The notes under the pieces: generated by a model
Told to the model about the DNA's origin: nothing
Database searches by the model: none
What the model saw: only the letters and a program-made list of their open reading frames with translations
Source of the DNA: Octopus sinensis
Taxonomy: Eukaryota
Direction of reading: 5' to 3'
DNA length: 64,000 nt
Assembly: GCF_006345805.1 (NCBI RefSeq)
Contig: NC_043003.1
Location: 49,972,001-50,036,000 of the forward strand
Part shown: positions 12,380 through 25,300 of the stretch, piece after piece
Position numbering within the stretch: the first letter of the stretch is position 1
Layout of the letters: the number at the start of each line of letters is the position of its first letter
Program-made: the position numbers and the translations under genes

Positions 12380-12785
12380 AGTTCGAATCTTGCTTAGTCA
12401 AACCCCTTTCTTCATCATTCAAGGGTCAATTAAATCGTTAATATAATTTATCAATACTACAATAATTAGTATTTGGTCAGTAATCTAATGATCATCATTA
12501 GATCAATAGTATTGTAATTATCAGTATTAGCTCAGTAATTAAATGATGAGTAAACAGATCAGTAATTTAATGTTTGATTTCAGATCAAATAAATCTAAGT
12601 CCGAATTAGATTTAATAATCAATATTATAATGATCAATATTAAATCAGGAAGAATTTAATGGTCAATGCTAGATAAGTAATAATTAAATGATAAATACTA
12701 CATCAATACATAATTACGCTTATTAAATCAGTAGTAATTAAATGTTTAGTACTAGACAATTTATTAATCAATATAAGATTAATTA
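12380..12785. repeat. Degenerate AT-rich minisatellite-like tract
   Basis: Recurrent tagatca(g/a)taatt / aattaaatgat / tcaatac motifs roughly every 25-30 bp. Confidence 0.45.
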
Positions 12786-13410
12786 TGAGGCAGTGAGCTG
12801 GCAGTGTCATTGCCGCATCAGGTAAAATTCTTAGCATCACTTCCATCTTCACATTCTGCGTTCAAATTCCAGAGGGTGATTTTGCCTATCACAAATACTG
12901 GGGGCAGGGTCAATGTAATCGACTTACCCATCTCCTAATATATCTGGTCTTGTGTGCCAAAATGTGAAATCTATACTAGATTAATATGAGGCAGCTTAGC
13001 TGGTAGGGTTATAATCGCACCATGTAAAATACTTAGCAGTATTTCTGAGATCAAATTCTGCCGAGGTCAACTTTACCTTTCATCTTTTTCAGGGTCGATA
13101 AAATAAGTAAGGATGAAAGGCAAAGACGACCTTGGTGGAATTTGAACTCAGAACGAAATTCCGATAAGCATTTTTCAAGGCATGCTAACGTTTCTTATTT
13201 CTTTACTACTCACAAGGGGCTAAACACAGAGGAGACAAACAAGGACATACAAATGGATTAAATCAATTATGTCAACCCCAGTGTGTAACTGGTACTTATT
13301 TAATTGACTCAGGAAAGGATGAAAGGCAAATTTGAACTCAGAACGTAGCAGCAGATGAAATACCGCTAAGCATTTCGCCCAGCGTGCTAATGATTCTGCC
13401 AGCTCACTGC
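12785..13410. mobile_element. Cluster of four family-B SINE pieces (two +, two -)
   Basis: 12790-12975 (+), 12990-13110 (+), 13110-13190 (-), 13195-13410 (-). Other B copies: 7895-7985, 17480-17697, 25495-25715, 29270-29480, 31940-32165, 50455-50670, 53270-53465, 60900-60990, 62510-62660. Confidence 0.8.
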
Positions 13411-14375
13411 ATTAAAGCAACTAAATAATAAACGATTAATTCAAATCAATGTGAATAAATTAAGCATTATATTTGACAGTTTAATCTGAATGCTAAAGGG
13501 TTGAATAAAAAACAAATTTAAATAAAACATAATATAACAGGGTCGTTAAAATAATTACAATTTATGATCAGAAAAATAAATATGCAAATATAAATAATTC
13601 TGGAAGAAATGAGTGGCGGGGGAAAACAAAAAGAAAGCAAACTATAGATTTATGTTTTAGAACTTTGGAATTTATTTATTTGAGAATAACAAACAAGTTA
13701 TTCATTAAATGACAAATCTTGTTCTGAAGGAGAGTCATAAATTAAAAAAAATAAAGCAATAAATATGTACATTTTTTTTGCCTTTCATGTAAGATAATTG
13801 TTTTTTTTTTTTTGATCACATAAATAACATCTTATATTTTGGCAAGCAGGTAAAATATAATCACTGTTCTTCAACTTTTTTTTTTCTTTCTTTTTTTTTC
13901 ATCACATTTCAAGTTTTCACTTGTCTCAAATCTTACAAAAGGATGTATTTCCAGTTAATATCTCCAACACACAAGACTCAAATGAAGTCCATAAAAAAAT
14001 ATATATAAGTTCAAGAAAAATAGTCCAAAGTCAATAGGTTACTATAACCATTTTAACTGGTTCTTTTGTCTTTTTTTTTTTATTATTATTTTTTTTTTTT
14101 GAAAAAAAGAAAACAAATTGCTTTTTCTGCATTGTTCTGGTATTCTTAAGGAGAAAAAAAAAATGACAATATTATTGTAAGATATAGATATGTAGCTTTG
14201 TCTGTTTGCCCTCCCTCCCACCCCAACCACCATGAACATGAATAAATAAGTTTTTTTGACTAGGAACTGCAAATATTCAGGATGGTAGGTAGGTCAGATT
14301 TATTCGTAGTAGATAGAAATGCTATCAAGATTATATATGTATGTGTTGATGGAATGAGAGACTATGATAAGGGGG

Positions 14376-14406
<31 letters not shown>

Positions 14407-16375
14407 CAGCTTGAGGTTTTTCAAAACGATGATATATAGGCACAGGTATTGCTGTATGGTCAAGTTTGCTCCCCAACCATGTGGATTCAGGACCAGTGCC
14501 ACCGAGTGGCACATTGGGCAAGGATCTACTATAGCTCCAGATTGACTTGCAGATGGATTTGGTAGACACTGGAAAAAAAAAAACTACACACCCATTATAT
14601 ATATATATATACACATACATATATACATGGCTGTGTGTCTTCTTGTTTTGATACCACCATCATAAATACGACGTCCATTTTTGATCTTCCAGGTAAAACA
14701 TGCCTGGACATGGAGAAATACTACCTTGTTTGGTAATAGGTGAAAGTTGGAGACAGAAAAGGCATTGGGCACCGAAGGCCTGCCTCCATGAATTCCGCCT
14801 GACCCATGCTAGCATGGATGTTAAAAGACTGATGATGAAGAGGATGAAGATTATATGTACGAGAATATGTGACAGCTCAAAGTCATAACAATTTTCAGTT
14901 TTTGTTGTTGTTGTTGTTTAATACGAGAATAAGTTCAATATTATTAGATAAATCAACAATGCATAAAAACAAGAAAAAAGCTTTAGTTTCTTTGAAAGCT
15001 GAGCAGCCAGTTAGAAATGAGGTGGCATGATAGTTCAATTCAAACTATTGATTATATTGGTCCGATGATAGTTTTAGTATGATTTTTTTTTTCCAAAAAA
15101 GGTTAAGTAAATGGAATAGATATAAACTATTGAAAACACCAAAGCCAATAATTATGGCTCCTTAACCCAAAACAAGAAATAAAAATTCATTTTATTTCTT
15201 TAAATTGCTTGTTAGTGTGGATGGTTTTCGAAGGATATCTTTAAAATTTAAAATTCATTAACTGAAGAATTATAAAGTTCAATTACTGTAATAAGCAATC
15301 AACTATAATTATCAAAGAACAAATTCCAAAAATATATAAATTCTATTTAAGCCAGATTTAATTTTGGATTATCAGAATGTTTAGAAACACTATAAATAAA
15401 ATAGTTTAGAGTAGAATTTGTCAATGGTTTCAAACTACTCACTGCCCTCAAATTTTCTAACAATAACACAATAAAAGATATTTTTAAAAAGAACCAACTT
15501 TTTTTTTTGTACCTTTTTCTGAAAAAATACCCCCAGTGTGTTAGGTTTTATTTTAATGCATTAAAACAGCCTATGGCTTAATATTTTGCAAATAGGGCCC
15601 TGGAATAAGGCTAGGGATATTTAGGCTTTAATTTTTTTTATCCCCTACCTTTTTCTGTTTCACAACTGAAGGAAAAAACAATGTCTTGCTAACAACTGTC
15701 AAAAATATTTTTACACTGGCACTGTTTCAAGGGAATTTGAAATAAAAGCCCTCCTCAGCATAAATTTCTGACATGAAATAATATACAATATATATGTTGA
15801 TGAAGCTAGGATATAACTATGGTAAAGTTAAAACATGAAATGTCGAAATTTTTCATTTGATATATCCAGCAGCAATAATACATGGATCTTTAAATGATCG
15901 TTTAAAAAAAAAAAAGTTTCCACTTAATGTATAGAAAAGTGAGATTATTTTCCATTGATAGTTTTCTAAAATGTTTGTATATTTTAAATGCCATGAATAT
16001 ACTTTGGAAAAAAACAAAAAAGATGATTTATAAAACAAAATCAAGAGGAGTTTAACTTGCATTAAACTTACTTTACAAGTGGATAGATAAACTGTAAAAT
16101 ACCACTACATAACATTTAAAAAAAAAAAAACATATCAAATTGATCATTTTAATTTCCCCCTCCACTTCATACCATACGTAATCGGTCGGGTCCTTTTCAT
16201 CAGTGTGAAATCATTTCCAAAATGATTTGCATTCAGTCAACCGAACAGAATTGATTAGCTATCAGTGCAGAACGTAGGATCTGATAACGTGTAAATATGC
16301 AATGTCTACCATGTGTGATTAATACACACACAAACCTTTTCCTTTATTTTTTTTTTTTTTCCTTCCATTAATTAT

Positions 16376-16791
16376 TTATTTTTCCAAATACTCATTTTGT
16401 GCAAGATTGAAAAATACATAGTCTGGGAAGTGGTTGTTGCAGCTGCATAACGACTGACTGCGGCTGTTAATGTTGTTGGAAGATGGGATATTAGGAGGGT
16501 TTGTCATCGCATACTGATGAGGATGCTGGTGGCCATAATCTACAACATTGCTGTCTCTGGTGTGTGGTGTGCAAGAAGAAGCAGTGCAATGCTCCTTTTC
16601 TGTGCATTCATCTGTGCCTTCAGTGTTGTTTGCAAACGGTGCCGATACTTCTGGTTCTGGATGTTGGTTGAGTAGAAGGTCTTGGGATTTATGATAGGCC
16701 GGTGTGTACATCCATAATGCAGATGAAGGTCTTGTCTTTTGCATATAATCAAGGGCCAATGTACTGTAGCATACCTCAGTCAGACCAGACT
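16376..16791 (-). CDS. Probable terminal coding exon of the same TNFR-like gene (cytoplasmic tail, no recognisable death domain)
   Basis: Acceptor cattttctgatattttcag|AG at 16791. 138 open codons in non-repetitive, relatively GC-rich sequence (SGLTEVCYSTLALDYMQKTRPSSALWMYTPAY...PDYVFFNLAQNEYLEK*), stop TAA at 16376-16378, followed by long AU-rich unique sequence. This frame needs a phase-1 entry, which does not match the phase-0 donor at 33410. Confidence 0.6.
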
Positions 16792-17024
16792 CTGAAAATA
16801 TCAGAAAATGAAAAGATATTTAGAATACAAATCTTATTGGAATACTACATATTATACTTAAATATTTAAGTCTTATATATTTAGCAAAAATTAAACGGAG
16901 TTGGAATTTGGCAAAGAGTTTATTGTACACTAGTGCATGCATGCACACACAGAGACTTTGGAGATTATAGGTGCAGGAAATTCAAATTAAGAGACAACTT
17001 CCCAGTTTCAGTTTCAATAAAAAG

Positions 17025-17410
17025 GTGTGAGAGTGGCTGTGTGGTAAGTAGCTAGCTTACCAACCACATGGTTCCGTGTTCAGTCCAACTGCATGGCACC
17101 TTGAGCAAGTGTCTTCTACTATAGCCTCAGGTCGACCAAAGCCTTGTGAGTGGATTTGGTAGACGGAAACTGAAAGAAGCCCATCACACACACACACACA
17201 CACACACATATGTGTGTCTGTGTTTGTTCCCCCAACATTGCTTGACAACCGATGCTGGTGTGTTTAGGTCACTGTAATTTAGCAGTTCAGCAAAATGAGA
17301 CCGATAGAATAAGTACTAAGCTTATAAAGAATAAGTCCTGGGGTCGATTTGCTCAACTAAAGGTGGTGCTCCAGCATGGCCACAATCAAATGACTGAAAC
17401 AAGTAAAAGT
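17025..17410 (+). mobile_element. SINE family A
   Basis: gagtggctgtgtggtaagtagc ... aaatgactgaaacaagtaaaag. Confidence 0.9.
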
Positions 17411-17892
17411 GTAAATCCATTACAACATGTACTGAAGCATTTGTATCTCCTTTGTCCAACATATACCAACACATTAATAAATATTTCTTTATTGCCCACA
17501 AGGGGCTAAACACAGAGAGGAAAACAAGGACAGACAAACGGATTAAGTCGATTATATCGACCCCAGTGCATAACTGGTACTTATTTAATCGACCCCAAAA
17601 GGATGAAAGGCGAAGTCGACCTTGGCAGAATTTGAACTCAGAATGTAGCAGCAGATGAAATACCGCTAAGCATTTCGCCCGGCATGCTCGCCGCCCTACA
17701 CATTAATATATATCCCACCCATGCTAGCATAAAAGGCAGACATTAAACAACAATGATATCGATATTTAATTAGAGGTGGTGTTAACCTCATTAAGGGATG
17801 GTTTCAACCAAGGAAATACTGCTTCAATACCTAGTATTTATGGGGAATTAATTTCCTTCAAGTAATAGGTGTATACATAAAAAACACAGGTT

Positions 17893-18061
17893 ATACTCTG
17901 TTGTGTCTAGGGAGAGTCATTTTCTTTTTGTGCCTATTGAAAAGGTTGCAAGACGCAACGAACATTTTAGGAAAATAAAAATAAGTGGAAATTTTACCGG
18001 TGAGTGTGTTGCATTATAAGGCACAAAAAGAAAACGACTCTCCCCAGACACAACAGAATAT
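17893..18061. mobile_element. MITE with about 45-bp terminal inverted repeats
   Basis: atactctgttgtgtctagggagagtcattttctttttgtgcct versus aggcacaaaaagaaaacgactctccccagacacaacagaatat. The internal part recurs in opposite orientation at about 43408-43515. Confidence 0.75.
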
Positions 18062-18181
18062 GCTTCAACACATGAACTCATATAAAGAATCTTGCAAACT
18101 AAATCCAAAAACGAAATACAGTTTAATACTCATATGAAAAAAAAAAAAGAAAAAAAAAGAAAATGGAGATTGGAAGCTAAT

Positions 18182-19010
18182 AATTATTTATTATTAAAAG
18201 CAAATTAATCATCATCACTTTCAACTGTTTCGATTAATACTCAGTAAATAATAAGTAAATATTAAATTTATATTGATATGACCTGAGCATATCTTCAGAG
18301 GGAAGAAAATATACCCTTGGGTGTTTTATAATGAATCCATAAACGCATAAAAAACATCTAAGGGCATATTTTTTTCCTCCTCTGAAGATGTTATGCTCGG
18401 GTCATCTATATACATAAAACTGTAGTTGTGTTAGTGTCTGTCCCCTTCGATTTAGATTCCTAACTACTCCCACATTTTGCGGTGCAGTTTAACCAAATTC
18501 GGGTATCTTATAGTTGTGACTCATATCGAGCCCGTCTGAGTATTAGCGCGCGTCTACGATGAGTCTACGATTTTAAAAATAATTTAACATAATTTTTTAT
18601 TCCATTTTAATGCATAATTTTTCGTGTGTCGATGGCAGCGGAGTTGGCGTCCATGGTCACACCTGCACCTGTTTGCTTCTCCCCCTTCTTCCCTCCCTCA
18701 TGAAGCTGTGGGAAGGGAGTGTAAGGAAATCAACGTCGTAAAGCGTTGTCAAGGAGACCAGCGTTCTTTTAGAACAACGACTTCATGGCTTGAAGACACC
18801 AAAACAGAAATGGCTAAGAAAGCCCGAATTGGCATCTATAAGGGAAGTAACTCTCTAAAAATGCTTATATAGTTATTTCCCTTACAAACCCGAGCAACGC
18901 CGGGCGATACTGCTAGTATAAATATAAATTTAATATTTATTTAATATTTACTGAGTATTAATTGAAACAGCTGAAAGTATAGATGATTAATTTGCTGTTA
19001 AATAATAATT
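18182..19010. mobile_element. Fold-back / MITE-like inverted repeat (about 150-bp arms) interrupted by the Helitron
   Basis: Left arm 18182-18335 is the reverse complement of 18351-18404 plus 18917-19010. Confidence 0.75.
18405..18916 (+). mobile_element. Non-autonomous Helitron, copy 2
   Basis: A|TCtatatacataaaac ... cccgagcaacgccggg cgatactgCTAG|T. Inserted between A and T with no TSD; the empty site can be rebuilt from the opposite arm of the host inverted repeat. Confidence 0.85.
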
Positions 19011-19051
19011 GACTTTCCAATCCCCATCTTTCTCTTATATATATATATATA

Positions 19052-19395
19052 GGCATAGGAGTGGCTGTGTGGTAAGTAGCTTGCTTACAAACCACATAGT
19101 TCCGGGTTCACCTTGGGCAAGTGTCTTCTACTATAGCCTCGGGCTGACCAAAGCCTTGTGAGTGGATTTGGTAGATGGGAACTGAAAGAGCCCATCGTAT
19201 ATGTGTGTGTGTGTTCGTGTCTGTGTTTGACAACTGATGCTAGTGTGTTTAGGTCCCCGTAACTTAGCGGTTCAGCAAAAGAGACCAACAGAATAAGTAC
19301 TAGGCTTACAAAGAATAAGTCCTGGGGTCGATTTGTTCGACTAAAGGCGGTGCTCCAACATGGCCACAGTCAAATGACTGAAACAAGTAAAAGAG
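19052..19395 (+). mobile_element. SINE family A
   Basis: Same head and tail with small internal deletions. Confidence 0.9.
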
Positions 19396-20242
19396 TATAT
19401 ATATATACACATATATATATATATATATACATATTTACATGATAGATAGACACACATATATCATCATTTAATGTGTTTTCCATGCTAACTTGAGATGAGT
19501 ACTCTGACAGGATCTGGCAAGGCCGAGAACCTTACCACTTTCCATCGTCAATTTTGGCATGGTTTCTACAGCTGGATGCTCTTCCTAACATCAACCACTT
19601 TACAAGAGTATACTGGGTGCTGAGTGGTTTTTCTGTGGCACCAGCTTTGACAGGGTCACCAAGTACCTTGCAAGAAGAAAACTCCTCGACTGGGAGAGGG
19701 AAGTAATACTGAGAAGATGCGACTATATACATCAGTTTTTGAGTGAAAAAGAGTTCTTTATTTCAGGCAGTATTTTACTGCCAGACACTCTTTTTGTTGC
19801 CAACTATAACTTGTTTAGAAGAAAGAAATTTTTTTTCCCCCCGACTACTTCAAAAACAGCAATAGGATGTAATATTCAATTGGAATGTAAACACAGCATT
19901 GCCATATTTGGTTCAGATAATTTCAGGAGATGAAATGGAAACAACAATGTATGTACGCACACAAGCATATGTGCAGTTTCCATGCAATTCTTGCATATGA
20001 ATTCCACTTATAATGAATTGGTTACTCCAAGGCAACCAAAGGTGCCATGCAACAAAAATGAACCTACAACCATATGCTTGTGAAGCAAAATTCTTAACCA
20101 CATAGACATGCTTCTTTCTTTCTTTCTTTCTGTTTCTCATTCCACACATACACAACCTTATAATTTACAAATAATCTGTACTTGCTGTCAAGCAGTGAGG
20201 GACAAACAAACATGCACACACACACACACATATATATGATTT

Positions 20243-20620
20243 AGGAGTGGCTGTGTAGTAAGTAGCTTGCTTACCAACCACATGGTTGCGGGTTCAGTTC
20301 CACTGTGTGGCACCTTGGGCAAGTGTCTTCTACTATAGCCTCGGGCCGACCAAAGCCTTCTGAGTGGATTAGGTAGACGGAAACTGAAAGAAGCCCATCG
20401 TATATATGTATGTGTGTGTGTCTGTTTGTTCCCCCCACCCAACATCGTTTTGACAACCGATGCTGGTGTGTTTATGTCCTCGTAACTTAGCAGTTCGGCA
20501 AAAGAGACCGATAGAATAAGTACTAGGCTTACAAAGAATAAGTCCTAGGGTCGATTTGCTCGACTAAAGGTGGTGCTCCAGCATGACCACAGTCAAATGA
20601 CTGAAACAAGTAAAAGAGTA
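20243..20620 (+). mobile_element. SINE family A (followed by an inverted head fragment at 20640-20785)
   Basis: Same head and tail as the other family-A copies. Confidence 0.9.
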
Positions 20621-21699
20621 TATATATAAAATATGACAGGCTGACAGTTTCTATCAATCAAATTTATTCACAAAGCATCAATTAACCTGGAGCTATAGAA
20701 GATTCTTGCCTAAGATGCTGTGCAGTAGGACTGAACCCAAGAATATGTGGCTGTAAACCAAGCTTTTTACTCACACAGCCATGCTGTTGGTTTAGTTTTT
20801 TTTTTACTTTTTTTTTACTTTTGCAAAAATAGTTTCCATAATAAAAATGAAAAAGAAAAAAGTAGGGAATTTATTTGCAGGTACGAAGGAATAAAAACCC
20901 ACACACACATGTGTGTGTATGTGTATTTATATAAAATGGAATTTATGATAGGAGGAATTATCTAACCAGAAATATATACCAGACATGAAATAGAAAAAAA
21001 AAAAAAATCTCCTTGTTTTGTTTTGGGTCTTTTAACAGGTTATCAAAACTTTAGCAGGGAGGCAACTTTGAAAGGAAGCCTGGAAATGGGGGTAAAGAAG
21101 TGAGAGGGGAAAACGAAATAGGCAGCCAGACATGTGCAGGTTAAAGTCAATTACTGCTTGTATGTATCTATTTATCTATCTATCTATCTATCTCTATATA
21201 TAAAATTATATTTATCTCTGTATATAAAAATCTAGCTACTGAATTCCTGCAGCTAACAGGAAGTATTAAATTCAGAAAACAAAAAAAAAAACAAAAAAAA
21301 AGTAAAAGAATGCCTGCCTACACATACATGTGGGTAACAACTATTCCAAAATTGCATAAATTCAGTTATTAGCCGTATGGTTAAGAAGCTTCCTTAACAG
21401 CCATGTGGTTCCAGGTTTGGTCTCACTGTGCGGCACTTTGCGCTCAAATGTCTTCTACTGGAGCCTCAGGTCGATCCTTGTCTTGTGAGTGAATCCAGTA
21501 GACAGAAACTGTGAGAAAGCCTGTCAGATGTGCGTGTGACATTGTGCTGTGTTTGCGATCCGCTACCACTCGACAACTGGTGTAGGTTTGTTTACATCCC
21601 TGACATTTAGTGACTTGGCACGGCAGTGCTTCTGAGAGTCAGCTTCATCACAATGAGTGAGTTTTTAAGAAAAGTCTTATTTCACCAGGCATCTCAGTC

Positions 21700-22350
21700 C
21701 TTTATCATTTATTTTGCAATGCTCAGGGTCCTGAGGTCAGCCTCACTATTTCATCCCATGTTTTCCTGGATCCTATAATGCCCAGTCTTTTATCTCAGCC
21801 CATTTATATACCATATTGTTCATGCACACTTACATTGTACATCCAATGGAGTATGTTTGCTTCATTTCGTTTGTCTTTTGATGTCCACTGCACTCAATGC
21901 CTATGTCTCACTACCATGCAGCATTGCAGTTCTAACACAGGCATTATACAATCTGCCTTTCATTCAACTTTTCCCAATCCATTCTTACTTTGGCTGCCAA
22001 ATACATTCAGAGCAACTGTCTCTCTTGCTGATAACTTCTGGATCCATGGAACATACTGTTTCAATGCATCTATCACATGAAGTTTATGTTCTTTGATAAT
22101 CTGCATGTGATTCTGCTACATCTTGTGTCAGTAGTTTACCTTGAGTACGGCATATGGAGTGTGTACCTACTCCTTTTCAGAATATCAAGCAAGGCCATTT
22201 CCCTGGAAGTACCAGGGTTTTGACTTCTTTTCTACTAAAACTTTCATATTTGCCAAGTTAACTTCAAGACCTCTCAACTACAGCTTTGGCTTCCATGCCT
22301 GGAATTTCTTCTCTAGTTCCCTTATAGATTCAGCTATGAGAACTAGAGCT
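21700..22350 (-). mobile_element. RTE-clade LINE reverse transcriptase fragment (frameshifted)
   Basis: Minus frames give ALVLIAESIRELEKKFQAWKPKL*LRGLEVNLANMKVLV and MKGRLYNACVRTAMLHGSE, both RTE RT/thumb motifs. Multiple stops and frameshifts. Confidence 0.85.
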
Positions 22351-22396
22351 TAAACTCCACTGAGATGGCCAGTAGGACTATAATGAATAGGAAGCA

Positions 22397-22614
22397 AGGC
22401 GGCGAGCTTTCAGAACTGTTAGCATGCCGGGCGAAATGCATAGCCGTATTTCGTTTGCCGTTACGTTCTGAGTTCAAATTCCACCGAGGTTGACTTTGCC
22501 TTTCATCCTTTTGGGGTCGATAAATTAAGTACCAGTTATGCACTGGGGTCGATGTGATCAACTTAATCCGTTTGTCCCCTCTGTGTTTAGCCCCTGGTGG
22601 GTAATAAAGAAACA
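22397..22614 (+). mobile_element. SINE family B (about 220 bp) with 14-bp TSD
   Basis: ggcggcgagct...gagttcaaattcc...gcctttcatccttttggggtcgataaattaagtacc...aataaagaaac; TSD tataatgaatagga at 22379-22392 and 22615-22628. Confidence 0.9.
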
Positions 22615-24303
22615 TATAATGAATAGGAGGGGCCTGAGAACTGAGCAGTGATGGACTCAAGCCCTTACATTAAATTCCTCACTAAAATCATTGACTCACT
22701 TCACTTACTGTATCTTTGTATACAGCTTATACAAGCCATTCAACACCTAGTTTCCATAGGGACTAGCAGATTACTGTACATGGTATCCTGTCAAACGTAA
22801 TATACTTTGGTATCAAAACTACCCAAGGGGAAACCAGTACATAGTACGACACACAGTTAACCTTTCAAAGTGTAAAGTACAGTCTACCCAACAAGCTTCT
22901 GTAGTTTCTTCCCAGTTTGACTCACAAAGCATAAGTTAACTCAAGACTAGTAGATGACATTTGGCCAAGATACCAAACAGTTACATGGAACCTAGGAACT
23001 GTTGATCACAAAGCAAACTGCTTAATCACCTCATTTTTTGATTATGTATACACACATGTACTCAGAATAAAATATCAACTATAAATTTACTGGTTTGCAT
23101 AAGAGATCCGACGTTACTAATTAATAACGTGAAGTATAAATATATTAGCTTCTTAAAACTAGTTATTGGTACTGCCACAGTTAAGTGGCAGTATAATAGT
23201 TATATATACGTTCAGTAGAATTCCAGCTTCTTAAACGGGTTAGAGTTGAGAAGATTTGAAAGAAATGAGACTGCATATGATATATGACCAACAATTACTT
23301 TTTAACAGATTATTCTGATAACAAACATAATACTATACCAACAGACTGTCTTCAGATATTGGCAATAATCTTTCATTGAAGGTATGACAGGAATTTAATT
23401 TAATCTGTCATACTTCTAAATCAAAGAGGAAAGATAAAATATTAAAATAACCTACATATATTCTATCACATCAAAAAGACTATAACTTATATATGTCTTG
23501 GGAATGTTATGTTGCATGAATGTGACATGCATTAATTTTTTTTTAATCAAGAAACTCCACAAGAATTTTTATATTATAACCTCAGTGAGTTCTGAAATTA
23601 AGGTTTCCTATAAATTAGAGTCATATAATTATTATTACCCAAGTGAACTTAACTCATAAAAGAATAACTGGTTTTAGCTTAATTTTAATACATTTGCTCT
23701 AACCCTTTAGCATTCAGATTATTCTGTCAAATGTAAGGTTTATTTATTCATTGTTTGGAATTAACCCTGCATTATCTTGTAGCTTTGAGATTTTGAAGAG
23801 GTAACTTAATATTTGGAATAATGTAGGGTTGATGTGAGAGGTTGCATCTAGCTAGTCTGGATATAAATCAGGTAGAATGTTGGCCGATTATGGTCAGTTT
23901 GAATGTTAATAAGTTAAAGATTTGGTAAAAAACCATTGGTATTTCTCTAAATAGATTTTATTAAAAAATATATACCAGAGTTCACAAAACACACAATTGT
24001 TTTATCATTCAAAATTTATAGAAGCAGGTATGGCATGGGCATATGAGCTTGCTTGTCATCCATGTGGTCTAGGATTCAGTCTCACAGTGAGGCACCTGGA
24101 ACAGATGTCCTCTACTATAGCCTCTGGTTGACCAGAGGCTTGCGAGTGGATTTGTGAGGTGGAAACTGAAAGAAGCTCACTAGCACCTATGCCAGCAGCA
24201 TGTAAAATGCACCTTTTGAGTGTTGGGACTCACAGGGGCAATGATGACTGAGACATTTGGCAATATGAGACCCATCAAGCCAAGTGAAATCATAATCGTG
24301 ACA

Positions 24304-24532
24304 CATTTCTTTATTGCCCACAAGGGGGCTGAACATACAGGGAGCAAACAAGGACAAAGAGATTAAGTTGATTACATCGACCCCAGCACGTAACTGGTAC
24401 TTATTTAATTGACCCCGAAAGGATGAAGAGCAAAGCTAACCTTGGCGGAATTTGAACTTGGAACGTAATGGCAGATGAAATATCACTAAGCATTTTGCGC
24501 AGCATGCTAACGATTCTGCCAGTCTGCTGCCC
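24304..24532 (-). mobile_element. SINE family B with 11-bp TSD, nested in an older element
   Basis: TSD taatcgtgaca at 24293-24303 and 24533-24543. Confidence 0.9.
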
Positions 24533-24802
24533 TAATCGTGACAGATATCGGTGTCACACAACTGGCACTCACGTTGGTGGCACATAAGAGTACCCATTAC
24601 ACTCTCATAATGGCTAGAGTTAGGAAGAGTATCCGGCTGTAAAAACCATACCAAATCAGACTAGAGTCTGGTGCAAGCCCTAAGCTTACCAGCCCTGGTC
24701 GAACCAACCAACCCATGCCAGCATGGACAATGAATATTAAATGATGATGTGTGTGTATGTGTTTGTGTGTGCACCCTTGTCATGACATCATGTGCTAGTT
24801 GT

Positions 24803-25300
24803 AAATCGCTAGGCCTAACTCATCATAAAGTCAATACCACCATGACCGATATCCAATCTACAGTGGAGAAGGCTAGTCACTGGATTTGGTTAAAAAGAGA
24901 CGGTGAGCGATGGCTAGAAGGATATTGAGCTTTATTTGATAACCAGCTGATCTAGGGCCTCATATCAGTGAGGGGGTGGCCGGTGTGCATTGATGCCAGT
25001 GAGAGGTAGGCCCCGAAACGGTGCGCATTCTCTTCTGATGACTCCATACATTTGCTGGCTTCCGGTATATGGAGCTTTTGACTGGTAGCACTTGCATGTG
25101 CAAGTTGTTTGCAAGACATCAAGTGATGATGTTGGTTTCCAGTCTTCTGTGAAAAACATGTTTAGCCACAGGGAAAATTGTCTTGCTTGGAAACAGGTGA
25201 GGGGTTAGTGACAGGAAGGCCATACAAATTTTACCTCAACAAATTCTATCTGATCCATGCAAGCATAAAGAAGTGAATGTCAAATGATTATGATGATCAT
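24803..25300 (+). mobile_element. HERO-like (RLE-endonuclease) non-LTR retrotransposon 3' fragment with 3'UTR and (GAT)n-type tail
   Basis: 24803-24928 translates KSLGLTHHKVNTTMTDIQSTVEKASHWIWLKRDGERWLEGY*, resembling the HERO C-terminal E(K/R)AS.W(I/L)W..R...W motif as I recall it. It is followed by UTR-like sequence ending in tgattatgatgat. Confidence 0.65.

Noticed and set aside
16540-16752. 70-aa alternative-frame ORF overlapping the terminal exon
   Set aside because: It is shorter, has no in-frame acceptor compatible with the upstream exon, and is a by-product of the coding frame.
18624-18872. 82-aa ORF inside the Helitron
   Set aside because: No Rep or helicase motifs and a non-ATG start; the element is non-autonomous.
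25020-25075. cgaaacg...ctgatga-ctccatac...gtatatggag as a permuted hammerhead (similar ctgatgactcc at 11440)
   Set aside because: No valid UH triplet or stem I, and GAAA does not follow the stem.
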